In this document: positions 34,084-45,236 of the stretch, in pieces
Layout of the letters: each line of letters starts with the position of its first letter
Position numbering within the stretch: the first letter of the stretch is position 1
DNA from: an uncultured Methanoregulaceae archaeon
GTDB lineage: Archaea > Halobacteriota > Methanomicrobia > Methanomicrobiales > Methanospirillaceae
Assembly: GCA_963841015.1 (NCBI GenBank)
Contig: CAWJAX010000003.1
Coordinates: 96,001-160,000, forward strand
Direction: 5' to 3'
Length of the DNA stretch: 64,000 nucleotides
The notes under the pieces: generated by a model
Database searches by the model: none
The model's input: the letters and a program-made list of their open reading frames with translations, nothing else
Told to the model about the DNA's origin: nothing
Made by a program: the position numbers and the translations under genes

Positions 34084-35514
34084 ATGCTGATGCGGATTGG
34101 CGGGAAGGACGTAGAGGGTGTCGATGCACGCTGGATTGAGGTGAAGAACCCGGCAACAGGTGAGTTGATCGATCGAATACCGGCGGGGACAAAGGAAGAT
34201 GTGTCCCGTGCAGCTGATGCTGCTGACGCGGCTTTTAGTGCCTGGGCTAAAAAGTCGATGCGTGACCGCGGGGTTATCCTGTACCATGCTGCTCAAAAAG
34301 TAAGGGATCAGTATAAGGATCTTGCCCGGCTTCTCACTCTGGAACAGGGTAAACCAATGAGGGAATCATTAGACGAAGTGCGGGGATATGCAAACATCCT
34401 TGAATTCTATGCCGGTATTTCTTCATGGCAGTCTGGTGAAGCAATCAGACTTGGGGCTAGTGGTGATTGTATTGTTGTGCGTCAGCCCCTCGGTGTCTGC
34501 GGAGCAATAATCCCCTGGAACATGCCGGTACTTATCATGGGCTGGAAAATCGGCCCTGCCATTCTCGCCGGAAACACGATGGTGCTGAAACCGGCATCAT
34601 CAACATCCCTGACAAATCTCCGGCTTGCACAGATTCTTGACGACGCCGGTTTACCCTCCGGGGTGCTCAACATTGTTACCGGCAGTGGTGAATCAGTAGG
34701 TACAGCTATTGTGAAGCACCCCACAATCCGCAAGGTGTCATTCACCGGGGACTGCACAACCGGCAGTAAGATACGGGAGATGGCAGGTGCCCATCTCAAG
34801 GATCTCACGCTCGAACTCGGGGGTTCGGATCCGATGATTGTAATGCCTGATGCTGCAATTGACAAGGCAGTCGAGGGAGCGCTCCGGGGCAGGTTTTACA
34901 ATGCAGGCCAAACCTGCACAGCAGTAAAGCGCCTCTATGTCCATGAAAAAATTTCACTGCCATTCATTCAGAAATTAAAAGAACGTGTTGATGCCCTTTC
35001 CGTCGGTAACGGACTTGGGTCCAGGATCGATATGGGTCCGATGATTAGTGAAGTGCAACGGGAGAAAATCTCACGGATAGTTGAAGAAACCCGTGAGAAA
35101 AATCAGGGAACAATTCTTTCAGGTGGATGTACGCTGAAAGGAACAGCATATGAGCGGGGATATTTCTATCGTCCAACACTGGTCAGCAATGTCGTTCCTG
35201 ATTCAAGGCTTGTAACCAGCGAGATTTTTGGTCCGGTACTGCCGGTAATAACGGTCCCTGATCTTGATACCGCCATACATGAGGCAAACAATACGCGGTA
35301 CGGTCTGGGAGCTTCGATCTGGACAAAAGATCTCGCTACAACAAAACGGGTATTTGATGAGGTGAAGGCCGGTATCATCTGGGTGAATCGTCATCTTACC
35401 GTGCCGCCCGAAATACCGTTTGGAGGAATGAACGAGAGTGGGATCGGGCGAGAAAACGGTCAGCACGCTCTTGACAGTTATTCGCAGACCAAGACCCTGT
35501 TTCTTGGCTGGTAA
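34084..35514 (+). CDS. NAD(P)-dependent aldehyde dehydrogenase
   Basis: IIPWN, LKPAS, SFTG, LELGGSDP, NAGQTC, EIFGPV and PFGG.NESGIGRE motifs. Confidence 0.95.
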   Translation: MLMRIGGKDVEGVDARWIEVKNPATGELIDRIPAGTKEDVSRAADAADAAFSAWAKKSMRDRGVILYHAAQKVRDQYKDLARLLTLEQGKPMRESLDEVRGYANILEFYAGISSWQSGEAIRLGASGDCIVVRQPLGVCGAIIPWNMPVLIMGWKIGPAILAGNTMVLKPASSTSLTNLRLAQILDDAGLPSGVLNIVTGSGESVGTAIVKHPTIRKVSFTGDCTTGSKIREMAGAHLKDLTLELGGSDPMIVMPDAAIDKAVEGALRGRFYNAGQTCTAVKRLYVHEKISLPFIQKLKERVDALSVGNGLGSRIDMGPMISEVQREKISRIVEETREKNQGTILSGGCTLKGTAYERGYFYRPTLVSNVVPDSRLVTSEIFGPVLPVITVPDLDTAIHEANNTRYGLGASIWTKDLATTKRVFDEVKAGIIWVNRHLTVPPEIPFGGMNESGIGRENGQHALDSYSQTKTLFLGW

Positions 35515-35520
35515 AAGTGA

Positions 35521-36540
35521 TTATTTTCGTTTTAGCAGCATCGTACAGCCCACCAGGATAAATACAGCGACAATCATGGTGGGCGAGAGTGGAGATTTCT
35601 GCGTAGTGGTGATGGGGGTGGATGGGGTTGCAGGGATTGGAATTGTTGTTTGGACAGTCGCTTCTGGTGACAGTGTTTTCAGGGTTGTCGGTAATTTCTC
35701 AACAATATTAAACGTAGTAGTGCTGGTTACGTCAATGGTTTCACCGGATACTGTCACAACATATTCATCGGGTTTGAAGGTAGATGCATCGACATCGAAC
35801 GACCAGTGGTTAAATCCTTTTGTTCCTGGCTCTACTTTGACAGTACCTGCTGATCCGGAGAATTCACCACTCTGTACTTTTTGTGTTGGTTTGAATGATG
35901 ATGAGATGATTTCGATCATCAGGTTATTTCCCACAGCAAGGTTGGTTGAACCATGAATGGTGAACTTGTCACCAACAGCATGATCTTCGATAGGGGTGAT
36001 GAATGCGGAGGGTTGAGTGATAATAAAGGATGTAGTGGCAAACGTATCATCGAGATTCTGACTGTTGATTGCCCGCATCAAAGCGTTAGCGCCATCCGTA
36101 TTCTGCAGGCTGCCTGAGCCAGTTAGCTGAAAGATAGAAGTCCCAGTTCCGAGCTGCCGGGTGATCACACTGCCGGTTGATGAATCGTAGTAAATATCGA
36201 ACTCTGCATTCATCATAGGATGTTGGACCAGGACAAAATACTGGCCGGGTGCAAGCGATTGGGTGTCAGCCGATTTGAGTTCATAATCATAGGTGTTATC
36301 CGCGTTTGTGGACACGGTTGCGATCTTTACATAATTGTACCCAATTAGCCAAACCTGCAAACCATCACGCGGGTGACCGGTGGCGATACCATGAATAGAG
36401 ACTGGATCCCCGTTTGCGATTTCCGGTGCTCCAGCAAACGAACTGCCGGGATATAAGGAGATGGCTGCTATGGGGGGAATTATGACAAGTGCACACAGGA
36501 GCATGAGGAATACAGGGTTTCGAAGAGAAGGTATGATCAT
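35521..36540 (-). CDS. Cell-surface protein with Ig-like domains and C-terminal KSP-TM-basic anchor
   Basis: Signal peptide, VLVQHPMMN and GDKFTIHGSTNLAVG segments typical of Methanomicrobiales surface proteins, T/P-rich linker, QKSPLS, TM helix, KRK. Confidence 0.8.
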   Translation of the reverse strand: MIIPSLRNPVFLMLLCALVIIPPIAAISLYPGSSFAGAPEIANGDPVSIHGIATGHPRDGLQVWLIGYNYVKIATVSTNADNTYDYELKSADTQSLAPGQYFVLVQHPMMNAEFDIYYDSSTGSVITRQLGTGTSIFQLTGSGSLQNTDGANALMRAINSQNLDDTFATTSFIITQPSAFITPIEDHAVGDKFTIHGSTNLAVGNNLMIEIISSSFKPTQKVQSGEFSGSAGTVKVEPGTKGFNHWSFDVDASTFKPDEYVVTVSGETIDVTSTTTFNIVEKLPTTLKTLSPEATVQTTIPIPATPSTPITTTQKSPLSPTMIVAVFILVGCTMLLKRK

Positions 36541-36696
36541 ACTGCTCAGCTGGTATGGGGCTTGAAGATTTATGAAGATGTGTGGCAGGATGATCCATCC
36601 TCAGTCTCTTCGTGTGTTGAGCAGTACCCAATACTTCCCGTAATCCAATGATTATCAGAAGAACTTGAATTAGCAGATTAACGGTTTAAAAGAAGT

Positions 36697-37037
36697 GAGT
36701 GGGAGGAGTAAGCCTCCTTCTGTTTTTAGCGGCATTCAGCTATGCGTCATACCCGGACAGATACCGAGCGATCCAATTGTCCTGTTCTGACTTGCACCCG
36801 CAGGGATTCGCCGTTTCACCGATTCCTGTCTGTTAACGCTCAGCGAGTGATCACACAGATCGTGTGCACTTGACGGTACACCGTCTCGATCGCTTCATGA
36901 CTGAAAACAGGCCGTGTCGTTTCTGTGCCATTGCCGTGACTCTCGCCACCCGTACTTGTGTACGGCTGCGTGCCCGGTGGGTGGGAGGACTTTCCTCAGC
37001 AGCCAGAATGGCCACCGTCGGCCGCTCTCTCCCTCTC
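36697..37037 (-). ncRNA. rnpB: RNase P RNA (archaeal type A)
   Basis: Minus strand has GAGGAAAGTCCTCC, ACAGAAACG, GGTGAAACGGC, GGTGCAAG and AACAGAAGGAGGCTTACT; termini are complementary (P1). Confidence 0.95.
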
Positions 37038-37173
37038 CTGTAATACTATGTTTTTTCAGGTGATAAGCACAGCGCTTAGGGCAGGAATATCCTCAAACGA
37101 AGCGGGTGTTTGTGCTCCTTTATAAAATTCAAAACCGGTCTTTCATAAGTACTCAATAACAATATGAGCGCAC

Positions 37174-37290
37174 GCAGTGATTTCACCCCTCCTGTTTCTG
37201 TCTCCCTCACATGCGATAACCCTGGTACAGGCAATTTATTATTATCGCTCTAAACTCCGGGGAGGGATATTATGGCACCTGCACTGTCTG
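37174..37290 (-). repeat. Dispersed intergenic repeat of about 120 bp, copy B
   Basis: Reverse complement matches 32882-33000; about 35 of 52 nt identical in the core by manual alignment. Confidence 0.6.
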
Positions 37291-37594
37291 CTCTGGAATG
37301 TACCGGTAATTTGTATCTCGTTTCAACGGAGAAGGAATTTTTATCGAGCCCATTAACCTGAACACTCCCAGCACGATCTACCTCTCCGCCGCCACTCACC
37401 TTCCGGTTATCAATAAATTCTGAACAGATTTTCAATCATCATTTATAGAAGCACAATAGTGGTACGGGCGGACAGGTTCTTTCTTGTCTTTCAACTGCCC
37501 TGCGCGTATGATTTCATTGTTTAACGTAGGGAATTCTCAGATTCCATGTTCGAAAGATTGTTAAATAAGGTGCACTAAAGACAGTCTCAAAGAT

Positions 37595-38188
37595 ATGGGG
37601 GAGATGAGTTTGAACCTGCTCAATACAGATGATGGTGAGATGGCTCTACGCCTTGCACGTGGTGCGATTGAGTATGCTATTGTAAAAAAGCCAAAACCCG
37701 CTCTCGCTTTGACACCGGTTTTTGGGGATAAACGCGGGATTTTTGTCACTCTCACCAAAACAGGAGAACTTCGTGGGTGTATCGGCTTTCCATATCCGGT
37801 TATGCCTCTCGGAGATGCAATTGAGGATGCCGCTGTCGCAGCAGCAACCGGAGACCCCCGGTTTCCCCCGGTTCGAAAGGAAGAACTTTCCTCTATCAAA
37901 CTTGAAGTTACAATCCTGACCGACCCTGTTCCGGTTATCGGTGAACCTGGCAAACGCCCGGAAAAAATTGAGGTTGGCAGGCACGGTCTTATCGTGCGGG
38001 GCAGGGGGACGAGTGGCCTCCTGCTTCCGCAGGTAGCTACTGAGTATGGCTGGGATAGCATGACATTTCTCGATCACACCTGTATCAAAGCAGGGTTTCC
38101 TGAACGATGCTGGACCAATGCAAATGTTGAGGTGCTCACCTTTGAAGGACAGATCTTCACTGAACCATTTATGAGGGCAACCGTTTAA
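37595..38188 (+). CDS. AMMECR1-domain protein
   Basis: GIFVTL, LRGCIG, DPRF.PV, GLLLPQVA and C.KAG motifs. Confidence 0.95.
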   Translation: MGEMSLNLLNTDDGEMALRLARGAIEYAIVKKPKPALALTPVFGDKRGIFVTLTKTGELRGCIGFPYPVMPLGDAIEDAAVAAATGDPRFPPVRKEELSSIKLEVTILTDPVPVIGEPGKRPEKIEVGRHGLIVRGRGTSGLLLPQVATEYGWDSMTFLDHTCIKAGFPERCWTNANVEVLTFEGQIFTEPFMRATV

Positions 38189-38229
38189 ACTGAATACCGC
38201 ACATATAAGCGGACAGCACGGGTGCAAAA

Positions 38230-39684
38230 ATGGCAATTGCGTTTGAGAGTTTATTTAGCGATATCCACGGACGATCCGGAAAACTTACGGTCGGCAAAAA
38301 GACGATAAAAACTCCTGCTCTTCTCCCGGTTATTAACCCCCATCTCCAACTCGTTACACCAAAAGAGATCCAGTCGATGGGAGTAGAGGCCCTGATCACG
38401 AATGCCTACATCTTGTCTCAGAGCAAACAGTACCGAGAACGCGCCCTCACCGAAGGTCTGCATAAAGTGTTGGATTATGATGGTGTCATAATGACCGACT
38501 CGGGCTCATTTCAGCTCTCAGTTTATGGCCAGGTCTCTACTACCAATATCGAAACTCTCTCCTTCCAGCGTGATATTGGGAGTGATATCTGGGTGCCGCT
38601 GGACATCCCGACATCACCAGCAGCCGATCGTTCCACGACAGAGCAGGATCTCTTAGTAACCATGCAGCGTCTCAGAGAGGCAAAAGAGGTCTTTGGCAAT
38701 GATGCTCCTCTTGCAGGACCGGTCCAGGGTGGCAGCTTTACTGACCTCAGGCAACGGGCTGGTCGGGAAGTGACAGATCTGGGTTTTTCCTTTTGTCCTA
38801 TAGGTGCGGTTGTCCCGCTCATGGAATCATACCGGTACCGGGATCTTGTGAGTGCGGTCATGGCAGCTAAACAGACACTTTCACCATCAGTATGTGTTCA
38901 CCTTTTTGGCGCCGGCCACCCGTCAATGTTTGCCCTTGCAACTGCAATGGGCTGCGACCTTTTTGATTCTGCAGCATATGCTCTCTATGCAAAAGAGGGG
39001 CGATATCTCACCACTCATGGCAGTTTCAAAATTGATGAGCTCGCGGATCTCCCCTGTGCATGCACTGTGTGCCGTTCGCACACCATTGAAGAATTATCCA
39101 CTGCCCCGGATCGTGAACGCCTGCTCGCGCTCCACAACCTGTATGTGACACTCGCAGAGATATCCCGTATTCGTCAGGCAATTTTCGATGGAACGCTCTG
39201 GGAACTTGTAGATGAACGATGCCGGGGGCATCCGCAACTCCTCTCTGGCTACCGGGCGCTGCTGACCAGAACAGTATCATTGGAAAAATATGATCGTGTC
39301 TCCAAACGCCGGTTCTTCTACCGGGGAGACGAGTCCTGCAGCCGTACAGAAGTATTCCGTTACCAGCAGATGCTTTCCCGGCTTCAGCTCGGAGAGCATG
39401 TCCTTGTTGCATTTGAGGGGGGAACGCGCGACGAATTTAACGATACCCTGTTTTTCAAACCACCGTTTGGTCCATATCCAAAAGAACTCAAAGAAACATT
39501 TCCTATTGGGCCGAGTGAAATTCCCGAGTGGGACGATGCCATGGTAAGACAAGGAAGCCGGGGGATCAAACTACTTATGGCGAGTCACCCTGATAGTCGG
39601 TTTGTTGTTTCCTGCAGCCCCTGCTGGGAAGCGATTGTCCATCAGGAACTTGGCGATATTGAGGTGCGTAATGAACAGGTTTGA
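38230..39684 (+). CDS. tgtA: Archaeosine tRNA-guanine(15) transglycosylase
   Basis: [40 protein letters not shown] and CxCxxC...H zinc site; lacks a C-terminal PUA domain (split type). Confidence 0.95.
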   Translation: MAIAFESLFSDIHGRSGKLTVGKKTIKTPALLPVINPHLQLVTPKEIQSMGVEALITNAYILSQSKQYRERALTEGLHKVLDYDGVIMTDSGSFQLSVYGQVSTTNIETLSFQRDIGSDIWVPLDIPTSPAADRSTTEQDLLVTMQRLREAKEVFGNDAPLAGPVQGGSFTDLRQRAGREVTDLGFSFCPIGAVVPLMESYRYRDLVSAVMAAKQTLSPSVCVHLFGAGHPSMFALATAMGCDLFDSAAYALYAKEGRYLTTHGSFKIDELADLPCACTVCRSHTIEELSTAPDRERLLALHNLYVTLAEISRIRQAIFDGTLWELVDERCRGHPQLLSGYRALLTRTVSLEKYDRVSKRRFFYRGDESCSRTEVFRYQQMLSRLQLGEHVLVAFEGGTRDEFNDTLFFKPPFGPYPKELKETFPIGPSEIPEWDDAMVRQGSRGIKLLMASHPDSRFVVSCSPCWEAIVHQELGDIEVRNEQV

Positions 39685-41302
39685 TATCAGGAAAAGGGAC
39701 GGACTTGCACGAATCGCCATCTTCCAGACGGATACGATTTCCCTGAAGGTGCCGGCTGCTCTTGCAGTTGAACCTCTCTTTCCTGATCTCGATACACGTG
39801 AAGGAACCAACATCCCTCTCTGTGCTCCTCTCTCCCTCATAAAACACTACCCCCCCCATAATAACGGACAACCGGTCACCATCCACCCACATCTTGACAA
39901 TGCTGCACACAGTGGCGATTGCGTTATGGTGGCAGGCTGGCATACGGCTTTATCAAATCCAAGAAATTATGTCGACTGGCTCATCGGGCTCAAAGAAAAA
40001 ACACCGATCGATACTGCATGGTATGCGCCTGCTTCCGGATTGCCTTCGAATGTACACATCTTGTGTTACTCAGGATTTGACCTGTTTGATTTCCGGGCCG
40101 TGGATCTCAAAACAGCCCAGATGAGGTTTTGTACACCGGAGGGGGAGTTTCCTGCCGATGCACTCGATAGTGGAATCTGCACCTGTAGCGGCTGCCAGGA
40201 GAAAAATCTGAAGATGCATAACCGGCAGACACTCCTTCGCGAGATTGCTCTTGTTACCCGGTTCATTGAAGAATCACAGCTCCGCGATCTGGTTGAATCA
40301 CGGTGCCGTCTGAATGCGGCACATGTTGCCATCATGCGACATCTCGACAACCAGTACCAGTTTATGGAACGGTCGATGCCTGTTGCCCGGAGTTGCGTGA
40401 TGCGGGCAAATTCGGGAGAATCCCTGCAGAGGGCCGAAGTCCGGCGTTTTGCCGAACGGGTAATCAACCGGTATCTCCCGCCAAAAACTGATGTTGCAGT
40501 TCTGCTTCCGTGTTCAGCAAAAAAGCCCTATTCACTCTCCCAAAGCCACCGCAAATTCGGGCGGGCAATTGCAGGTCGCGCCCATGAATTGATTGTAACC
40601 TCCCCGCTCGGGCTCGTTCCCCGGGAGCTTGAGTGCATCTATCCTGCAGGGCATTACGATGTACCGGTTACCGGTTACTGGGACGCAGAAGAATGTGCGG
40701 TTATTGCCGGGATCCTCATTCGCTATTTTACACGGCACCGATACCGCCGGATTATTGCTCACCTGGAAGGAGGTGCACTCAGGGTAGCCCGTATGGCAGC
40801 CAAGGAATGCGGGATTACTCTGGAATATTCATGTCTTGAGCAACCGACCAGCGATTCCGCACTCAACACGCTTGACTCTTCACTTTCCGGAGAACGGCGG
40901 ATAAAAGATGACCGTCTTCGTGGCATGATCTCCTACCAGTTTAATAGTGATCTTGATACGAAAGGCATCACGGTGCGGGGGCATTATCCGGAACTTTTTT
41001 ACAGCAAAAATAATGTCCAGGTTTTCTCGATTGACTCCGGCACCGGCTTACTCCGACCCACCTTTGACGGCTGGAATCTGATCCCCGACGGATACCGCGT
41101 GAATATTGATGATTTTATTCCTGAAGGAGATGTGCTCATTCCCGGAGTTGTAAAAGCAGATACCGGGATTCGTGACGGTGATGAAGTGCTTGTTGTTGGA
41201 GCGCGGGCTCACGCTACCGGGCGTGCAGCACTACCGGCAGAGGAGATTCTGCGTTCCCGCCGCGGTGTTGCAGTCCGGGTGCGTAAGATAAAGAGATTGT
41301 AA
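39671..41302 (+). CDS. arcS: Archaeosine synthase subunit ArcS (TgtA2)
   Basis: [44 protein letters not shown] and C-terminal PUA-like domain; overlaps the end of tgtA. Confidence 0.92.
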   Translation: MNRFDIRKRDGLARIAIFQTDTISLKVPAALAVEPLFPDLDTREGTNIPLCAPLSLIKHYPPHNNGQPVTIHPHLDNAAHSGDCVMVAGWHTALSNPRNYVDWLIGLKEKTPIDTAWYAPASGLPSNVHILCYSGFDLFDFRAVDLKTAQMRFCTPEGEFPADALDSGICTCSGCQEKNLKMHNRQTLLREIALVTRFIEESQLRDLVESRCRLNAAHVAIMRHLDNQYQFMERSMPVARSCVMRANSGESLQRAEVRRFAERVINRYLPPKTDVAVLLPCSAKKPYSLSQSHRKFGRAIAGRAHELIVTSPLGLVPRELECIYPAGHYDVPVTGYWDAEECAVIAGILIRYFTRHRYRRIIAHLEGGALRVARMAAKECGITLEYSCLEQPTSDSALNTLDSSLSGERRIKDDRLRGMISYQFNSDLDTKGITVRGHYPELFYSKNNVQVFSIDSGTGLLRPTFDGWNLIPDGYRVNIDDFIPEGDVLIPGVVKADTGIRDGDEVLVVGARAHATGRAALPAEEILRSRRGVAVRVRKIKRL

Positions 41303-41345
41303 GGTACATTTATTCGATACATTGTTTTAAAAATAATAATAAGGA

Positions 41346-42203
41346 GTGACAGGGTTGTTTTTCGTAGAGAAGACCGAGCAGCTTGCAGATAAGATTTACC
41401 AGATGTGGGTCAGGGCTCCCCATGTTGCCCACCATGCACAGGCAGGACAGTTTGTCATTTTCAGGATAGATGAAAAAGGCGAGCGAATCCCGCTTACCAT
41501 TTCAGCAGTCGACGGGGACTCGATCCGGGTGATTTTCATGACGGTGGGAAAGACCACCACACATCTGGCATCACTATCCGGGGGCCATTATATACGCGAT
41601 GTTGCAGGCCCCTTAGGAAAACCCAGCGAAATAAAAAAATACGGGACCTGTGTTATGGTCGGAGGGGGTGTTGGTACTGCCAGTCTCCCTATCATTGCAC
41701 GTATATTAAAAGCGGCAGGCAACCGGGTCATTGGGATAATTGGTGCCCGCAATGCAGGTCTTCTCATTCTTGAAGATGAGATGAAGCAGGTGTGCGACGA
41801 GCTTCACATAACCACTGATGACGGTAGTAGAGGATTTCATGGATTTGCTGCCGATTTCTTAAAACAGGTGATGGCAAAGGAACGGGTTGATTGCGTCTGG
41901 ATTATCGGCCCTGCTATCATGATGAAGGTCACCTCCGAATGTACGAAACCTGCCGGTATAAAAACATTTGTCAGCCTCAACCCGGTTATGGTCGATGGAA
42001 CCGGCATGTGTGGATCGTGCAGAGTACAAATTGACGGAATTACAAAATTTGCCTGTGTTGACGGTCCGGAATTTGATGCACACCAGGTAGACTTCAATAG
42101 CCTGATGCAACGATTGCGGATGTACCAGCCGGAAGAAAAAGAGTCCCTGGAACGCTATCAGGCACATATCTGTACCTGCAAAGGAGGTGAGCGCCATGCA
42201 TGA
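41346..42203 (+). CDS. NfnA/SudB-type ferredoxin-NADP reductase subunit (FAD, 2Fe-2S)
   Basis: GQFVI.R...GERIPLTI, GPLG, GGGVG and MVDGTGMCGSCRV...CVDGPEF motifs. Confidence 0.92.
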   Translation: MTGLFFVEKTEQLADKIYQMWVRAPHVAHHAQAGQFVIFRIDEKGERIPLTISAVDGDSIRVIFMTVGKTTTHLASLSGGHYIRDVAGPLGKPSEIKKYGTCVMVGGGVGTASLPIIARILKAAGNRVIGIIGARNAGLLILEDEMKQVCDELHITTDDGSRGFHGFAADFLKQVMAKERVDCVWIIGPAIMMKVTSECTKPAGIKTFVSLNPVMVDGTGMCGSCRVQIDGITKFACVDGPEFDAHQVDFNSLMQRLRMYQPEEKESLERYQAHICTCKGGERHA

Positions 42204-43539
42204 CCGCCCGGTTGACCAGCGGATCCATGATTTTGGCGAAGTCGATGTGGGTCTGACACCGGAAGAAGCGATGGCAGAAGCTGAACGGTGCCTCCAGTGC
42301 AAAAAACCGCTCTGTGTGAAAGGATGCCCGGTCAACATTGATATCCCGTCGTTTATCCATGAAGTTGCTGCCGGGGACTTCAAAAAAGCGGCAGTGATCA
42401 TCAGGGAACAAAACATGCTCCCTGCCATCTGCGGACGGGTCTGCCCCCAGGAGGTTCAGTGTGAGGGTGCATGTCTTCTGGGAAACAAGGATATCCCGAT
42501 TGCCATTGGCACACTCGAAAGATTCGTATCAGACTGGGAACGGCAGAACGGTATGGTAATTCCCCATAAAAAAGCTTCAAACCACAGGCGGGTTGCCATA
42601 GTCGGTGCCGGTCCGGCCGGACTTACTGCATCGGCCGAACTGGCCAGAATGGGCTATCACGTGACCCTCTTTGAATCCCTCCATGAGGCTGGAGGAGTAC
42701 TTATGTACGGTATACCCTCTTTTCGCCTGCCTAAGGAAATCGTAAGGGCAGAAATTGACACAGTACTTTCTCTTGGTGTCGATCTGCGTCTTAACCATCT
42801 CGTGGGAAGAAGCGTCACGATACAGGAACTGCTCAGTTATGACGCGGTTTTTCTTGGTACCGGTGCCGGACTTCCGTATTTTATGGGGCTGCCTGGTGAG
42901 AATCTGCCGGGTGTGTATTCGGCAAATGAGTTTCTTACCCGGGTGAATCTGATGCATGCTGATCGCTTTCCGGTATACGATACACCGGTAAAGAAAGGAA
43001 GCAGGGTTGTGGTTGCGGGTGGTGGAAATGTTGCCATGGATGCAGCCCGTGTTGCCCTTCGTCTTGGCGGAAAGGTTACTCTTGTGTATCGAAGACGTGA
43101 GGAAGATCTCCCGGCCAGAGATGCTGAAACGATTCGGGCAAAGGAAGAAGGGATTGAATTTGTCATGTGTGCAAACCCCGTGCGGATTCTTGGTGATCAG
43201 GTAATGACCGGCGTTGAGTGCGTAAAAATGGAGATGTGTGATCTGGACACAACCGGCCGCCCGGAACCAGCCCCTATCAAAGGCAGCCATTTTACTCTTG
43301 ATGCAGATGTATTCATAGCAGCAATCGGGCAGGGACCAAATCCCCTCCTTATCAGTGAACTTCCTGAATTAAAACGTGGGAAAAGAGGCAATGTGATTGT
43401 CGATGAGGAATTCCGGACATCTCTCAGAAAAGTATATGCCGGGGGTGATGTTGCCACGGGCGCTGCAACGGTAATCTGGGCGATGGGAGCGGCCAAGCAG
43501 GCGGCGCACGCTATTGACAGGATGCTGCGAGAAGAGTAG
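42196..43539 (+). CDS. NfnB/SudA-type subunit (GltD-like, FAD, 4Fe-4S)
   Basis: RCLQC...C..GCPV, CGRVCPQE.QCE, GAGPAG, GGGNVAMD and AGGD..TG motifs; coupled to the upstream gene. Confidence 0.92.
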   Translation: MHDRPVDQRIHDFGEVDVGLTPEEAMAEAERCLQCKKPLCVKGCPVNIDIPSFIHEVAAGDFKKAAVIIREQNMLPAICGRVCPQEVQCEGACLLGNKDIPIAIGTLERFVSDWERQNGMVIPHKKASNHRRVAIVGAGPAGLTASAELARMGYHVTLFESLHEAGGVLMYGIPSFRLPKEIVRAEIDTVLSLGVDLRLNHLVGRSVTIQELLSYDAVFLGTGAGLPYFMGLPGENLPGVYSANEFLTRVNLMHADRFPVYDTPVKKGSRVVVAGGGNVAMDAARVALRLGGKVTLVYRRREEDLPARDAETIRAKEEGIEFVMCANPVRILGDQVMTGVECVKMEMCDLDTTGRPEPAPIKGSHFTLDADVFIAAIGQGPNPLLISELPELKRGKRGNVIVDEEFRTSLRKVYAGGDVATGAATVIWAMGAAKQAAHAIDRMLREE

Positions 43540-43658
43540 GAGCGCGATGGGAAAATCACGTTTTTTTTAATTGAAAATTTTCTTATTAAGAAATTTTCGG
43601 TGCAGATAGATCATCTTTCCGGCATTTGAAATAGCGAGTTGTGGTATTTCCCAACCAG

Positions 43659-45236
43659 TTACCCTGTCTGAATTCGCTCCATCACGAGTTCTTTCCCAAA
43701 TATTTTTTCAAACGCCTTTCTCTCAGCTTCAACACCCCATATTTCAAGCTGGCAGTCCCCGCGGGCAACAACTTCGAGATATACAAATTCTTTATCAACA
43801 TGGGAGAAACGCACATGCTGGATCAGAGCAGTATGACTGCGGTCAAGACTTTCTCCAAGCCGGATGAATGTCGAGAGAATCCGCAGGGCTTCCCTCTCCT
43901 GGGAATCCAGCTCGATAATTTCCGGATCTCTTTTTCTTGGGGTTTTTTTCCGGTGAAACCGTGCGATATTTGCCATGAAGGTGATCTCTTTTTGATCGAA
44001 CCCCAGCAGTTCTGAATTTTTTATGATATAATAGGAATGAGCATGATGATTGGTGTAGGAAATGAACGATCCGATATCATGGAGAAATGTTGCATATTCG
44101 AGCAGTTCACGCTCTCTGTCACTAAAGGTATGGAGTTTTTGCTCTTTTGCTGAGTCAAATAATTCAAGAACCAGGCTTGTCACTGTACGGGCATGTACCT
44201 CATTGATCCCGCAGGACCTTCCCAATTGAAGGACACTGCGCTGCCTCGGGGAGAGCTCACCAAGGAGAGGGAATGTATCCATCCTTGAAAGGTAATCCAC
44301 CAGCAGACCGTCCTGCAAGCCCCTTCCGGTAATGGTAATTGAATCAAGCGACAGCTCCTTCATGAACAGATCAAGGATGGCTGCACCTGGTATGATAATG
44401 TCTGCACGTTCAGGATTTATACCCGGTATTTTCCTGCGCTCGTCAAGAGGAAGCGAACAAAGGAGAGTTATGACCTTCCGTAAATCTTTATAAATCAGTA
44501 CATCTTTTCCGGAACTCCCCTCCTGATGAAGGTTTTTGTGAGCAATTTCGGCAAGATTCAGGATAGTTCCGGAACTACCGATAGCAAGATCAGGTTTTTG
44601 TTTGCGAATTTTCTGGACAGAATGAATAATAGTATCCTTAACATGCTGCTGGATTATCTTATACTGGTCCTGAGACACGGGGCTGGTAATACTACCGGAC
44701 AGATAAAGGTTAGAGAGGCGGATAGCCCCCAGTTTGAAGCTTTCAAGATAATGATAATTCCGTTCACCACCAATCGCAATTTCTGTACTTCCGCCACCGA
44801 TATCAATAAAAAATGCCTGCCGATCTCCCAGATGAAATCCACTTGAAACGCCAAGATAAATAAGCCGGGCTTCTTCCTGTCCCGAAATTACACGGACATC
44901 CAGCAGGGCTTCCTGCCGTAAAAGATGTAAGATTTCATGCTGGTTGGTAGCTTCCCTCATGGCAGATGTGGCAACAGCGACAAATTCGTCAGTGTTAAAA
45001 GTCCTGGCAAGTTCTGATAATTTTTTACAGACAATCACCAAACGTTCTATCGCCTCAGGAAGGATCTCTTCTTCCTCAAACTCACCCTCCCCTAGTCTGA
45101 CCTGTTGTTTTTGCTGCGACAGAATGCTGTAAGAATGATTGGGATTTAGCCTTACAACAAGAAGACGGACAGAATTGGTTCCGATGTCAATTAATGATAC
45201 CACACGGCCGTTTGGACCGGGTATCTTGTTTTTCAA
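43659..45236 (-). CDS. ppx: Exopolyphosphatase Ppx/GppA with HD domain
   Basis: IDIGTNSVRL, ATSAMREA.N, EEARLIY, DIGGGSTE and LHDIG motifs. Confidence 0.95.
   Translation of the reverse strand: MKNKIPGPNGRVVSLIDIGTNSVRLLVVRLNPNHSYSILSQQKQQVRLGEGEFEEEEILPEAIERLVIVCKKLSELARTFNTDEFVAVATSAMREATNQHEILHLLRQEALLDVRVISGQEEARLIYLGVSSGFHLGDRQAFFIDIGGGSTEIAIGGERNYHYLESFKLGAIRLSNLYLSGSITSPVSQDQYKIIQQHVKDTIIHSVQKIRKQKPDLAIGSSGTILNLAEIAHKNLHQEGSSGKDVLIYKDLRKVITLLCSLPLDERRKIPGINPERADIIIPGAAILDLFMKELSLDSITITGRGLQDGLLVDYLSRMDTFPLLGELSPRQRSVLQLGRSCGINEVHARTVTSLVLELFDSAKEQKLHTFSDRERELLEYATFLHDIGSFISYTNHHAHSYYIIKNSELLGFDQKEITFMANIARFHRKKTPRKRDPEIIELDSQEREALRILSTFIRLGESLDRSHTALIQHVRFSHVDKEFVYLEVVARGDCQLEIWGVEAERKAFEKIFGKELVMERIQTG

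Noticed and set aside
37250-37520. Histidine-kinase remnant or 61-aa ORF upstream of rnpB
   Set aside because: Only a vague resemblance, with stops in the relevant frames; part of it is explained by the dispersed repeat.
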